Positions 39,050-53,878 of a stretch of 64,000 bases of DNA are shown in pieces. Source of the stretch: Lama glama (Eukaryota). Position numbers and translations under genes: made by a program. The notes below the pieces were generated by a model. That model searched no databases. It saw only the letters and a program-made list of their open reading frames with translations, and was not told the DNA's origin. The stretch covers positions 33,482,001 to 33,546,000 of the forward strand of contig CM052818.1 in NCBI GenBank assembly GCA_028534125.1, given 5' to 3'. The number at the start of each line of letters is the position of its first letter. Within the stretch, counting starts at the first letter, position 1.

Positions 39050-41060
39050 TTTACTTCTGACCATATTAAAATAACTAGTACAAGACATACCTTCCCACCA
39101 TAAACAACTAGAAAATGGGACAAAACATATGAAGCAACTGTTTCTGATATTGGACAGCAGGAGTGTTTCCCAGAAGAGAAAGGAAACAGAGAAGGTGAGT
39201 CCTGAAGGCCCATTACTGACCACGGCACAGAGAGGAGGAACTCCGGGAAAACTTGGCAACATCAGTGAGTTGAGAAATCTGAGTTCATAGCTTAATGTGG
39301 CTAAAATTTATGGGAACATGTACTGGAGAGGAAAGAGTTAATCAAGGAAAGGTCAAGAAATCTGCATAGGAGTCTCCTTTATCTGTTGCTAAATGCTAAA
39401 GGGACATACATAGAGAGAAACTCCACAAAGCTGGGTAACTGCTGGAGAGCTCTAAGCTGAACATGACCCAGAAATTATACAGGAATGGGAGGTGTTGAGT
39501 TCTATCCAGCCAGAGACATTGTTGAACCCCTGGAGCATTCAGTAGCAATCCAAGAAGGAACACAGTTTAGTAGAAAGGGTAAACTTGCCCTAAAGTAAAG
39601 GTCACTCTAAACTCACTCTAACAGACTTCAAAAGCAATCTTCAAAGGATTAAACAGATTCACAAATTATCTGAAAAAACAAAGTTTAACCTTTTGGAAAA
39701 ATACAGCAAAATTAAGACACTCAATGATGTAACATTTGCAATATTCAGCATTTAATCAAATGCTGAAGATGCATTAGACATGCAAAGAATCCAAAAAAAA
39801 TGTTATCCATAACCAAGAAAAAGAAGTAAATCAAAATCAACACAGAAATGACAAGGATGATGGAATTAGCAGAAAGGGATTTTAAAAGAGCCCTTATAAA
39901 TATGCTCAGTGGTTTAAAGAACATGAACATGGTGTGGAGGAAAGTAGAAGATGTATGAAAGAACCAAATAGAAGTTTAAGAAGTGAAAAATGCAATATCT
40001 GAAATGAAAAATTCACTTGATGAGTTTAACAACAGAGTAGACATTACAGAAGAAAGGATCCATGTACTTGAAGACAGTAAATAGAGATTATCTAAATTGA
40101 AACATAGAGGAAAAAATGACTGAACAAATTGCACAGAGCCTCTGTGATGTGAGACAATCAGTTTGTCATGTGTGTAAATGACATCTAAGGAAAAAGGAGT
40201 GAGAGAGGCACAAAAATATTTGAAGTAATAATGACTGAAATTTTTTCAAATTTTAAGAAAAATATAAACACATAGATCAAAGAATTTCAATGAACCCCAA
40301 GGAAAATAAGCATAATGTAAACCATATCAAAGTCCACTGTAATCAAATTCCTGCAAACCAATTATAAACAGAAATTCTTAAAAACATCTAGTGTCAAAAA
40401 TACACATTACATATAGGGGAAGAAGGATTGATTGCAGACTTCTTGCCGGAAACAATGCAAGCTAGAAAAAAAATGAATGAAATCTACAAAGCACTGGAAA
40501 AATAAACTGTCAACACAAAATTCTGTATCCTTCAAAATGATGGGGAAATAAAGATAAAAACAATAGCCAAGAGAAATTATCACCAGAAACTTGCACTACA
40601 ATAAATGTTGGAGGAAGTTCTTTAGGTGGAACCAGAATGATACTAGATGATATGCATATCCATCCAAAGGCATGAAAAGTCCTAGAAATGGTAAATATGT
40701 GAGTAAATACAGACTTATTTTCTTCATTCCTTCATTTCTTTAAAAGACAATTGACAGTTTAAATAAAAATAATAACACAGCTTTATAAGGTTTATATCAT
40801 GTAGAAGTAAAATGTGTGACACTAATAGCACAAAGGTTAGGAAGGGGAAATTGAAGAATACTACTGTAAAATAAATTACATTTGTAAGTAAAGTGGTTTT
40901 GTAATGTTGGGAAATAAACTAAGTTAAAGTGCTTATTATGAACTCTAGATCAATCACTTTTAAAAAAGAAAAAAGAGGTAGAATTAATAACACATCAATA
41001 GTGAAGAAGTGGAATGCAATTAATCCAAAAGAAGTTAGGGCAAGAGGAAAGAAACAAATG
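39050..41060 (+). mobile_element. Ancient L1 5'UTR and ORF1 remnant (L1M4/L1ME-like)
   Basis: A-rich strand bias; ORF1-like segments (AATATCTGAAATGAAAAATTCAC, GCAGACTTCT...GAAACAATGCAAGCTAGAA); no open frame. Confidence 0.75.
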
Positions 41061-41100
41061 CGTATTGTAACGTTGGGTAGTGATATTGCTGTGAAAAAAT

Positions 41101-41580
41101 TGTCGGGAAGCAATGCTCCGTGAATGTTTTCATGTTTCTGCATGATCAGGGCTGTCTGAGAAAGGTTGCTGGCACCTGGATTAAAGAATGTTTGAATGAC
41201 AAAACCGTAGAAGTCAGAGACCTCAGGAGAGATTTAGAGACTTCTTTGGATGCATTTATTTACATCCTAGGGGTTGTAAACCTAAACACCTCCCCCTCTT
41301 TTCCCCTAAGAGGATTTGTTTACATTAAAAAGCAAAGGTCAACAGGTCATTTTCTTCTCTCCCTCCCTCCTTTTCCCTCTCCATCCTCTCTCCCCCATCC
41401 CACCGCAGAGGGGAGGAGAAGCAGCAGCTGTATTAGCTGTCCTATATAAATCTCAAAAAAATCATTATTTAAAAAGTTTCTCTCACTATGTCACCCCACA
41501 GGGGATTGGGACGTGGAGAACTAACATAATTACGAGTAATTAAAAGGCTGGATCTGATCCAAAAACCTAGTGTCAATACT
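41101..41580 (+). mobile_element. Probable ERVL solo LTR (MER54/MER73-like)
   Basis: Begins TGTCGGGAAGCAAT...CATGTTTCTGCA; internal TATATAAA near 41444. Family assignment tentative. Confidence 0.5.
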
Positions 41581-43169
41581 TAACAAACATTAAATTAGGA
41601 AGGTGGCATCTCACCTGTAGAGTGGTCTGGGAAAGCCTCTCAGAGGAGGTAGCATTTAAGCAGAGATGTGAATGATGCAAGGCCATGTAAGACTGAAATG
41701 TGTGGGAGAAGAAGTAACATGTTTAGCTTTACTGGTTCTCCCAGGGCCTGGCACACTTTTTCATATATAAGCAAAATTTAAATAAGGGTCAAGTATATGA
41801 CACTGAAAGGCTGGCCACTTCTAGCTAGAGTATTGTTTATCTATGCTATAAAGTCACGAGTAGCTACATCTTAAGAAAAAAAAATGACTTTTAAGCCACA
41901 GGCTTGTTAGCTGGGAAAAGATAAGAGTTAGAAGTCAAAATCAGTTAAGAAGCATTTAAAGCATAATTCATGTTTCACTTCCTTAAGTAAATCATGTGTA
42001 TGCACATTTTGGGTGAGGAGCCACAGAATGACATTTTAGTTTCAAGGCTCAGTTCTTTTCACAGAGGTAGAAACAGGTATCACTGGCTTGGTTTAGAAAT
42101 TACCCTCATCCTTGTAAATGTGACATACACAAATGCGGAGAAGAACAGATACGGTTGAAGAATACAGGCAGTAGGAATAATGAATTTTAATCAGGAAATA
42201 ACTACTGGTACAATCCCCTGTTCTAGGGGTGTACAGTGTAGCAGAAGCTTGCAGCCCAGAGAAGAAATAATGAAATTCAAAAGCCAAAAAGCAACATATT
42301 CCTTGGCTTTTGGCTGGAGCCAGTATCAGTGTGACCTTTTTGGTCAAAAGACTTCTCATCCCTGTTTCACCAGGTCATTCCTTTCGCTGGTATGAATCAT
42401 CTCTAAGAATCCGTAACAGGCACATCATTGTCAAGAAGTTAAAAGCAATTGATAAGTTGTTCTGATAACACCTGTCAGTGAAATAACTCAGAGCACAAAA
42501 CCCAGGCATTTAAGGAGTTGACAAGTATTATTAAACCTGTTTTGCAAGAGAAGAAGCTGGTTCAAAGAGGGAAAAGCTGTCAAAGGTAATACAGTCAGTC
42601 AGTGGCTCAGGCCTCCTCCCTCACACAAATACGCCCAACCACATGGCCTCTTATGGCCCGGAAGACTGAGGGGACCATTTATGACCATTTATCGGGTTTC
42701 CTTCTGTCCAACTTTAAAATATGACATTTTTAAGCTATGAATTTGTTTTAAATTCATATATATTTCTTCTAACTGGTTTTCTCCTTCATTCAGAAATTTA
42801 CACTTTTAAATTTTTTAATGGTAGCAACAGTATATTTCTACCAGTGCTGCTTTTTTTTTTCCTTTGAACACTTAATTGGTCTGTTTTTGGCACCTTCCTA
42901 AAGCTCATGTTTGAACTGGAAAGAGTTATGGTGATGCCTTTTTTTTTTTTTGATGCTTTCATACAGAGGATGGTGTTTTGTGCAGGTCCTTTCCTGAACC
43001 TGACCATAATTTTGTGATTTTAATAAAGAAAAAAGATAGAAAAGCCTAATTCAAAGTGAAACTAGAATCTAATTCAGAAATGCTTCTGCTCATTTGTAAC
43101 TAATATTCTAGTTGCTCTCTACTTTCCACTCTTTAATTCATTCACTTTTTTAAAAAATCAGCAATAAAC

Positions 43170-43490
43170 TGTCTTAATCTGGGTTCAACAGAATGCAGAT
43201 TAGTAAAACAAAGGCTTAAGTGTGCATCCTCTACGCAGGACTGTAATCCAGGGAGCAAGACCAAGGGACAGGGAAGGTGAAGCCGGGAAGCAGGAAGAGC
43301 CGATACCAAAATACCTGACATGTTTAACAGGTTGCTCCATCCCACAAGACAGCCAGGAACGAAACAGAAACCTTGAAGCGGGGAGAGAGTGGCCTGGGCA
43401 AGGCTCTGTTAGGTTGCACCTGGAAGAAGCCAGCTGGAGGCAACTGGTGGCTGGGAAAAGATGCAGGGAGGCCAGATAAATCTGAAGGAG
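43170..43490 (-). mobile_element. Possible old ERVL LTR fragment (LTR33-like)
   Basis: TGTCTTAATCTGGGTTC..CAGAA..CAGA terminus followed by a purine-rich body; weak match. Confidence 0.4.
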
Positions 43491-44034
43491 TAACAAGTGG
43501 CTTCTCATAAAACACAAAGACATTCTGGTTGCATATACTTCTGTGCATAAGTATATAAAGTAAAGCATGAACTTCTGCTCCCCACTCCCAGCCTTCTCAT
43601 AGATATCTGTCACTAACATTTCCTTTTCTAGATATTTACATATCATAGAACACGTACATGTACCTTTTACCTTTTAAGAAACATGAATCAGATCATACTA
43701 TCTGTGGTTTTTAAGTTTTACTTCACTGTCAACAAGCTGATTTTGCCCAGTAGGAGGTATGTTGGCAAATGCTGATTTACTGCATGAATGCATGTTGAGT
43801 TAATGCAGGAATGAAGGGATGATAACATGAGTTCTAGTCACAGTTCTTGCTTATAGAAAAGGAATGCTGCCAGTATTGGCAATGCAGTGGGCAAGGTCTT
43901 GTAAAACATGGAATTGTTATTGCCAGGCTACTGAACAGTCACCCCTGACTCCTCCTTCCCATTTGTCAACACCTCCACATCTTCAGTTCAGAAGAAGGGA
44001 TGGATGCTGTTTGGGAGAGACATGGAAAAGAGAT

Positions 44035-44609
44035 GCAGGGGAAGAAAAGTCATTTTCCCTCTACCCTTCTGAGTTCTTGGCTGAGACCCCCATAATAAAA
44101 GGCAGATTAACAAGAGAAAAACAAATAGATTTACTAACATGTATCCCTCAGGTATACATGGGAGATGCCTAGGGGAAAAAAATGAATCCCCAAGGGACCT
44201 GGAATTTGCGATTAAATATCATCTTAAGGTGGAAAGGGGAGGGGAGTGGCAGGCCTCTTAGGGGATTTTTAGGAAAGATGAATGTCTCCAGAGAAGAATA
44301 GATGGGAGGTATGATAGTCTGTGACAACATCTGTCTAGCTGTGGTATTGACTTCTAGTCTCCTCTCCTGTCACAAAAGTTAGTCCTCTCCAGTTGGTGAA
44401 ACTCCCAGGGAAGGGATTTATGGCAATTGAGTTCCTTTTGGAGGATCTGTGTTTAGGCAGATAAAGGGAGTTAGAGAAAGGCTATCCCTGCATTTGCTCT
44501 TTTTCAAATGCCTACAACTCAATCAATACACCACAGCAGCATATTTTGCAGTGGCATGTCCTGCACTCCCATGGTCATATTTTGGGGTGGCATATCCTGC
44601 CACCCTCCA
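44035..44609 (-). mobile_element. ERV1 solo LTR (MER34/MER39-like)
   Basis: Terminus CATATTTTGGGGTGGCATATCCTG; internal AGGCAGATTAACAAGAGAAAAACAAA. Confidence 0.7.
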
Positions 44610-46595
44610 GAGGCAAAAGGAGACTCACAAAGTTTCATTCAGCCAGCAAATGGCGTTAAGATGCTGCAGACTGTGGTCCCTGTCCTCATGCAGGGAAAGG
44701 CCACCATTGAGGGAAGACAGAGGTAAAAGTAGGACAAAGATACCAAAGAAAAGAAAATAGTAGAATTCCATTTGAAAGGAGTGAGGAATTTCAGTGATGG
44801 CTAAATTAGTACAGTGCTTGTGTTAATATAAGTTATTTAGAAATGAGTTTAAATCCCAGCCATCTGCTCCCACGTCAAACACATACACACTGTACCCTTG
44901 ATTTCACTCCTCCCCCACATACACGCACATCCCAATAATAATCTGATGATATAGTTTCATGATTTCCCAGTTGATAATGAAAATTTACCTAATTCAAACC
45001 AATGAATTGTGACCCAGATCTAAGTATAAATATAGTGGAAGTCATAAGTTTCTTTAGTGACAGTCTTACTAATTAAGTTATTTTGGCCTGTTTTTAGCCA
45101 CACTGGGTATTTTTTCTTTTTAAGGTTGTTGTGAATGTTGTTTGTAGCAGCATCAATAAGCCAAGAATTCACATAGTTACTCAATCACACAGATTACTCA
45201 TCATTGCCTGTTCATAACAGAATCCTAAAATGTTTTAAGATTTCTGATGCAAATCAAAATCTCATCATCACTTGTCATTGCTAAATTAAATGACAGGATA
45301 ATAACATTACATTAAAACCATTTTTCTCTTGATTGAGTACCTTTTTCAGAAGTGAACCTTGTAGATATATATTTTTTTCATCAGTACTATAAATGCATTT
45401 AGAATCTGAGATAAAAATAGAATTGAAAAGGGGAGGAGTGGAGTGGGATGTTTTCAAATTATTGATGAATCTCTTGAATCTCAAATAACCATATTTGACA
45501 GTGCACTGCTAGGCAATTGAGGAGATTTAGCCCAGTTTACTGAGACTTTTAGAACTACAGAAAGGTGGTTTACAGGTCAAACTTGGTTTTTATTGACATG
45601 ATCCTATGTTCTTGGCATCAATCACATGGCATTCCCATTGCAAACAGGCTGTTAGGGACCTGTAGGAACTGGCACTGTTCTATTACTCTAATATAAGATG
45701 ATACTGGTTTCAAATAGATCATAGCCTATTTGGGAAAGGAATATAAATTTCTAATCTGCTAAAACAGTAGGTTTTCATTGACTTATTGTGAACTTCTCTC
45801 TTGGCCTTTCTTTCCTGTCTAAAGCTAACTGACCTTTTTGGTGACACCTGCCATCCCTCCATTGGCTCCATTTGGCCCTTGCCCACTCCTTTCTGGCTAG
45901 TCAACCAGTCCTCATGCCACTTGAGCCTATCTTCTTCACTTGCCCCTATACCCAGAACTCCTTTTCAGTCATGTCAGTAAAAATCCTTAGCTCTTGGAGA
46001 AGTCAGTGAAGGTATAGTATAGACTGAAACAAGATTGGCCATGAGTTGACAGTAGATGAATCTGGGTGATGGGTACATGGTGGTAGGGGAAGTCAGTATA
46101 CCATTTTCTCTAGTTTTATATGTTTGGTATTTTCTCTAGCAAAAACGTTAGACTAAACTTAGATTTTTAGAATCCGTTTTTTTAAATAGATGCCTTTTTG
46201 AGTCAGTGCATGAAATGGGTGGTGTACAGGATAGATTAGGACTAAAACCTAATCCTGCCGTCTAAATACCCAACTCCCACTCCACCCAAGGAAATAAATA
46301 AGATTCGTTAGTGCCTGGAGTTGCAACTTCCCTCTTCTCCTTAGGTCCTGAACCTGATTCCCCGAATTCTGGCACACTTCCTGCTTCTTCTTCAGTGACC
46401 AGACAGACCTGTACAGAAACACACATTAACTTGGTCCCGTTTAGTAAGTCCCAGCTGTAAATAAAGTTCTGGGCTGGGCATTACAAAGGGAAATATGAAG
46501 TTACTTCCCTCCAAGATGGAAAACAGAGGCACCCACAAACAACCCTGGTGCAGCACAGACACTAAGAAATGTCGTCGGGAGGAGAGCTCCAGTAG

Positions 46596-47006
<411 letters not shown>

Positions 47007-47024
47007 TAGTTTTGAGATGTAAGT

Positions 47025-47495
47025 TCTTTTTTAAACTATTTTAAAGTGAACAATTCAGTGGCATTAGTACAGTCACAATGTTGTACAACCTCCCTTTCTG
47101 TCTAGTTCCAGAACACTTCCGTCATTCCAAACTAAAACTCCTTACCCACTAAGCAGTTTCTCTCTATCTCCCCTCCCCTCAGCCCCTGGCAACCACCAAT
47201 CTGCCTCCTGTCTCTATGGATGTATCTATTCTGGATATTTCCTATAAATGGAATCATATGATATGTGACATTTTGTGTCTGCCTTCTTTCACTTAGCATA
47301 ATTTTTCAAGGTTCATCTACCTTATGTATCAGTACTTCATTCCTGTTGTGGCTGAATAATATTCCATTGTATACCCCACAATTTGTCTATCCATTTATCT
47401 GTGGATGGGCTGTTTTCGCCTTCTGGCTATTGTGAACAGTGCTGCTATAAACAAGTACATGTACATGCATGTTTAAGTACCTGTTTGAGTCTTTG
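47025..47495 (-). mobile_element. L1 3' end (L1MB-like)
   Basis: AGCCCCTGGCAACCACCAATCTG..TCTATGGAT..CTATTCTGGATATTTC. Confidence 0.82.
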
Positions 47496-50400
47496 GGAGG
47501 TTCATTGTTTTTAAAGATTTAAATAGGAGAGAGTAATCTTCCTTGTCCTTTACAATAGTTTCTACCTCGCTGAGTCCTCTGGGAAGTAGCAGTCCTCAAA
47601 TAACTTAATGCTGCATTCCCTGAATGTAATGAGTTTATAACTGGAGTGTGAGAACCGAGGGGAATTCGCCTACTCCAGTGGGTTTCTGTAGTCCAGCTTC
47701 TAAACAATAGCATGAACCACCCTGGTTTGTTTTTGTTTTTTTTTTTAAGCAGGTTTCACTCCAACAACACAGCTTTTGAATACTTGCTCTAACAACTGAT
47801 GATTTACACAGCTCTAAGTTATTTTCTTCTACTGCTGTATCTTGGATCAGAAAAGAATCTGGGCCTTAATGAGCCACATATAACTGATCTTTAGGCATAG
47901 TTCTGTTTCCAGGTTTATAAAGAAAGGACATGTAAAATACACTAATCCTATTTCTATCCACTCTACTGAAATTATTTGAAAATAAACTGGCTGCCAAGGT
48001 TCAACTTTGGCATCTTTAATGAAATTTTAAGATGCTAGCATTACTAGTATAACAGGAAAGATAATTTGTTTTTGGAAAGCTAGCCAGGGTCTGTACAGTA
48101 GAGGAGAAGAAAAATATGAGAAACTTAGAAGACTGATCTCTCTCCTGTGAGCTGGGTAATTTCACCAGAATTTCTCTGAAATGTCACTTCCCCTTGCATA
48201 CAGCACTTTTCTCTCCACAGGAGTCTTTAAATGATGTATAAACTATACAATTATCACTTCATCTGCTAAGAACTGTATCTTTGTGATTGATGATATAATT
48301 CTCATCTGGCTATTTGGTCAAAAACATCACATGAAGCACAAGATTCAAATTAAGAAACCTTCATTTGCTAAGGTTGAGCTCTTAATAGATTTAAAATTTC
48401 AATTAATTACCAATTAATTATTGATGATTTATTATGTGCAAGGAATTATGGAGCTGGGAGAGGGAGCTGATTAAAAGTGTTAGGCCTGACCCATCCTATA
48501 CTTGATACAAAATGAGGGTTTGGGGAACAATCAGATGGTGCAGGGGGCTTGGGAACCGGAAAGAAGATGGTATCATTTCCGAGCTGGAAAACCTGGACAG
48601 AGAAGTGGTATTGGAAGCAAGGTACCAAAAATGGGTGCCTTGGAGAGAGAGGAGTTCCCTAGAGCTGGAGATGAGAAAGGAGAGGTGAGATAGCCCCCTC
48701 TTGGAAGCTTTATGAAAGCTATTCCTGTAGCCATTAAAGTAAAAAATGAATGTCCCCTGGGATCTCATCCAATGCGAAGAGTTTGAGATTGGTTTTATTT
48801 TAGGTCTGTTGAATTTGTGGCAAAGAGAGAAACACCAAATAGAAATATTTGAATTGTGGAACTAACTTGGGAAATGAATCACGAAACCAGAGGAGTGGAT
48901 GTGAGAGGAATAGAAGGCAGAAGGCTGTATTTGGGGAATATTTCAGTAGGAGGTTTATTAAACAAAGGTGCTGTTTGTTTTATTCTGGTCTGTGTATGAT
49001 GGTTTACGTGAGCACCTGTACAATTTTGAAAGTTCTTTATTTCTACTGGGCCTGATCTAGTCGTCTGCTGTTCAGCCCCACAGTGGAATTTAGCCTGGGT
49101 GTACAGAGAGGATATGGAAACATGGCTTCAGCTAAAACCTATACAGGGTTACTTTGTTTAGATACCTGGGGCCTTTAGACGTGGATTTTTTTAAGCTTAA
49201 ACAAATTGCATAATATTCTTAACACTTCTTAAAAAGAAAAATAAGATATCTTTTATAAAAGAAGTTATTGTTATCTATTATAATATTTCATTCAATTGTG
49301 AGGTATATTTTTATTAAGCAAGTTGGCCAAACTGCCTTATAGCAGTTTTTTTTTAAGATGACAAATTACAAGTAGAAACCAAAATCATGAAATTAACTAA
49401 AGATAAAAAATAAACAGATGGAGCAAAAGAAAAATAGGTAGAAAATCTCATGTGGTTTTCTTAGCAACATTAACTTACCTACTACTGCTCTGCAACCAGC
49501 TAAAATTCAACCTCCTATGAAGGAACACTGATGGCACATGCACAACTTCTGATATTGAGCTTAAGGAGAAATATTTGTCAGGATAGTGTGACAAAGACTA
49601 TTAAGCAAGAGTCCATTCAAGATGCATACAGTGAAACATGTATAATGAAACACTTCAAGTAGTTACGAGTTGTGTAGGCCAGTACTCAACTGAGTTAGAG
49701 GCCAAGGCCACGGTCCAGGGATCATTGGAGATGATATTTTGAGATTAAAAATTCAAGCAGACATAGAAAAGGAGAGTCTTCTTGGCCAGGCAAAAAGCCT
49801 GTTAGGACACCTTTCATAGGACCTCCTCCTCCATTCCACTGAGACCAAATGTTAGAGAGAAGGAACTTATTTCTAAACATCAAAAACTGGCAGCTCAGGA
49901 GGACGGTGACAGAATAAAGAGCTCAAGATGCAGTGGCCCAGCATGAGCGCAGAGCCCTTGCTTCCTGTGCGGGTGGAAGGAAGCCACAAGTAGGCACGGA
50001 CCCTAATGACCCACACCGGAAATCAGCAAACTGGGAGGACCTTCAAGAAATTACCTGGTCTTGCCTCCTTCAAAAATGAGATAGTCTAAACTCTCTAATG
50101 TAATCTATCATCTGGTTTCTTTTTTTTTTTTTTTTAAGGTGAAGTGTAGCATCATCTGCTTCCTGTTCAGAATGGTCGGGTGTAAAGTTCTGTGACAGAG
50201 GCAGTATGATAGAGCAGTGCTACTCACAATCCGGTCCTCAGGCCAGGCTGCCACTGGTCAGGACAGTATAGAAACTGAGAAACAAAACCCTGAGCCTTTA
50301 TCATAAATAGCTTGAAAAGCAGTGTATTCAAGCACCCATCATGTTAACCATAACCATCATGTTAACCTTCTGTGTTAGATTACTGTCAACATCCACTGAT

Positions 50401-51439
50401 CGTGCCTTGAGATGCTAATTTTCACAGATCAAAAATTAGTCACCAGGCAATATATAATGAAGTGAAATCTGTCTTTTCCTGAACTCTGTTGACAGATGAC
50501 TGGCTAAAACTAGTTGGCTATATTGATAGGAGTGCTTGGTCACTTAAGGTTCCAAATACAGGGATCCTGTGACCCTAACCAAATAAATAAATATGCCTCA
50601 TATAGGAAGAATGGAAGAAATAATTGGATTACCACAAACCCACCATTATTCTCAGATAAACAGGCCTGATAATGGTGACTGAAATATTAACTTTGTATAG
50701 TAAAGGCCATCATTAAAGTAAACACCCATTTATCTAGGATTTAAACAACCAGCCAGCATAAACAACTGGAATTTTATGTATTCTTCTCTCATCTTTTATG
50801 ATAATGCCACAAATGACAAGTTATGAAGTCACTATGAGAATTTCTTCAAAAAAGCAACTGCTGGGTTTTGTTATATGGCAACAAATGCAGCTTAATCTCC
50901 TGAGTTTTTTTCATGCTGACCCTCAGGCACGGGAAAGTCACAAAATGCCTTGAGTCACAAAGATTAAATTATGTTCAGCTTAGTTTTGGTGTTAATTATA
51001 TCTTTATGTGTCCTAACTTTGAAAATCAGTAACCTGTTTTAATATATGTGTTAATTCTTTTTTTTTTTAGCAGAATGTTCAATTTCATGTGACCTTGGGT
51101 ATGGTACCTTGGTCCTCGATTTCATTTACCTCAAATATATGTTGATGGGTGGAACTACTAGATGTTTTCTGCCATTCGAGGATTCCAAGCAACCCCTTCC
51201 TCAACCAGTTTGAAATATCACGTTTATCACACAGTGCTAACGAAAGTTACTCTCCTCAGCACTGGTCATAATTCCAGACTGTGGAAGCCACTGACTGCCT
51301 CTCCCTCAATGCAGAGAGATCCTTCCCCATGGTCAGAGTGAAGGAAGCACCTCAGTCCCCTTGGCTGGAGGAAATCCTCTTGCTCCTGATAAACTCGGCC
51401 CGTTTGTTTTCCCTGATCCTAATTCACATCCCTCCACAG

Positions 51440-51610
51440 CTGCACTGTCCAATACACTAGCCATTAGCCACATGTGACTATTTAGATTTAGCTAAAGTAA
51501 AATAAAAAATTGAGTTCCTCAATCATACTTGCTGCATTACAAGTGTCTGTATTGGGCAGCACAGATATAGACCATTTCATTATTGCAGAAAATTCCATTC
51601 AACAGTGCTG
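51440..51610. mobile_element. hAT-Charlie MITE (MER3-like)
   Basis: GCACTGTCCAATA..TAGCCA..AGCCACATGTG; end ATTCAACAGTGCTG. Confidence 0.65.
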
Positions 51611-53836
51611 CTCTACAATATTCAGGGTAGAGCTGAGCCCAGAATTTCCCGAAGAGCATGTGAGGTTCTGTAAGTTGCCTCAGCTTACGTGCAAGTTGTT
51701 GATAGCTGCTGGTGACCTGGCTTCTTTCACCCAGAACAGGCTGACACGAACAGGCTACCTCAGACTAAGTCATTTTCCCAGAATCTTTCTGCCCAAAAGT
51801 ATTTCACTGCTGCAGCCGAAAGAATGTGAGAGTGCCTTCAAGAGGGATGTTAGAAGCAAAATCTTGGGTAGAAACTTTCTGGAGCCATAACTAGAATAGT
51901 CTGTCTGCCTATAAGTCATGTCCCTTTAAGAATGATAAGCTAGGCCCGAGAAAAATGAACAGACATGCAACTAAGATGATCAAATACCTACAGAACCCCT
52001 TTAATGCGCAGGGCTTCGGGAGGGATAAGTATATGCTAAGGTAGAGTCTCCAGTAAGCTTTTAGGAAGACTAGACTTTAAGGAAGATTGTTTAGGCAAAC
52101 AATGTAAGATGGCATTCAATTAAATGTTTAATTATATGGTATCTAGCAGGAATGCTATTGGAGTTCCGGAAATGCAAAGATTAACAAGGGCTAGAATGGG
52201 GAAGGTAGGCCTTAGGGTGATGCTTGAAAAACAGGTGAGGTTTGATTAGGTGGAGGAGCGAGGAGAGGACTTCAAAGTTCTCATAAGTGAAGGCACGGAA
52301 ATAGACATGAAGATATTGTAATCACATAGGGTCCAGTCAAATGATAATACCAAGTTAAGAGGGCCTCTACTGACCACTCTGGAAAACAGAGAAATCCAAC
52401 CTTTTTGCCAAATATGAGTTTCAGAAAGATAGAAGCAAGGGGAAGCAAGCCTGAGCCACGTCAAAATGAGACTGCAGTCCGCAAACACAAGCCAAGGAAA
52501 TCCTGAGGGTTTACAATACCTTGATGCCTGTGTTGGACACTGATGGGCCCCTTGCCCCCAGCAGATTCCATGGGTCACACTTGTCCGTGTTCCTATTTAG
52601 TGGACTTACCAACATGGTACCAAGCAGGACTGTGCTCTCCCGCATCATTTCTTCCACACAAACCTTTACAAACACTCTCCCAGTTTTAACCCAGCCCCTC
52701 AACTGGAGGCCATGCATTGTAATCACCTGGGGAGCTTGCCACAGTCCTGTCTGCAAAGGGTCTTATTTAATTGGTCTTGGGTGTAACCGGGGCATCCTCG
52801 GGGGATGCTAATATGCTCAGGCTGAGAACTCCTGGTTTTCTACCTGCCCAAGATAACTCATACCAGTCCCACACTATAGCTTGGCTCAGGCGGAACAATT
52901 TACAGCAAACTGTAAAGAATTTTAATTAGGATAATGACAGTGGAAATTCACTGGAAATTCAGTTCCAGGTGTCCTGACTCCCCTAGGCGCCATTTTGCCT
53001 CATGGCCAAGATATTTAAACATTTAAAGTTTTCACATCAATTTGATAGCCAAAGTGTGACTGGGAAAATGGGAAAGCATCAGAAGATACCCATGAAGATT
53101 CCTTTATGACAGTGCTTATTATTTCACTGGCTTTCCATTTGTATCGCTCACTTTCAAGATGCTTTCACTCACCTCTCAGTGGCGGGCAATGAATGACTCA
53201 GCTTGGCTTCTACCCCTCTGATTTCTGGTTATCAACTGCCAGTTACTGGGGAAGAGGCTTTTGTTTAAATCAGAAGCAAGCAAAGGAGATTGGAAGGTGG
53301 TCACTCCTCTCAACCTTTTTTAAAGTAAATCCAGAAGAATAAATGAATGTGTAAGAGGTTTGAGGGTGGGGAAATAGGGAAGGTGGCATTCTTTTAATAT
53401 AACATTGTACTAGTCATCTGTGCAATTCTTAATACACAGAGGACAGTTTTAAATAGGACTCGGATCTCCTTGTCCACATTTTGATACAAAAAATATTGTA
53501 ACCCTAGGCATAGATATGCTCCCAGTTGGCTACATTGTTCTTATGAAAGGAATAAGATACATGGTTACATTAAACAGCATTAGTTACACCAAAGTATTAA
53601 TGGAGCTGTTATGGTTTTATTAGAATGATAGTAATACAGTCTCATTTTAAAAATATTTTAATGCACCCACCTGCTTGTTTCCATGATCAAGTGCTTTTCT
53701 GTTGAAGATAGGCAGTAACAGGAAGAATTAAAACTGTCAGGGAGAACCAGATGAGCAGTAATGAGTTTATAAGATGAATCCTAGCAGCAACAGCCCTGCC
53801 CCTTCCCCCAAGAGACAGAAGCAGCAGTACTGCAGT

Positions 53837-53878
53837 GATGATGATGGTGGTGGTGGTGGTGGTGGTGGTAATGGTGAT
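53837..53878 (+). repeat. (GAT)3(GGT)n trinucleotide repeat
   Basis: Read directly. Confidence 0.9.

Noticed and set aside
43200..43646. 148-aa minus-strand ORF and neighbours
   Set aside because: Overlaps a probable decayed LTR; no recognisable domain or exon structure.
50117..50145. Poly-T then AAG|GTGAAG resembling a recursive splice site
   Set aside because: AAG acceptor and GTGAAG donor are both weak, and the intron is only about 10 kb.
50336..50367. Short duplication CCATCATGTTAACC x2 (also GACCATTTAT x2 at 42673-42692)
   Set aside because: Two-copy slippage duplications; not an array and no spacer structure.
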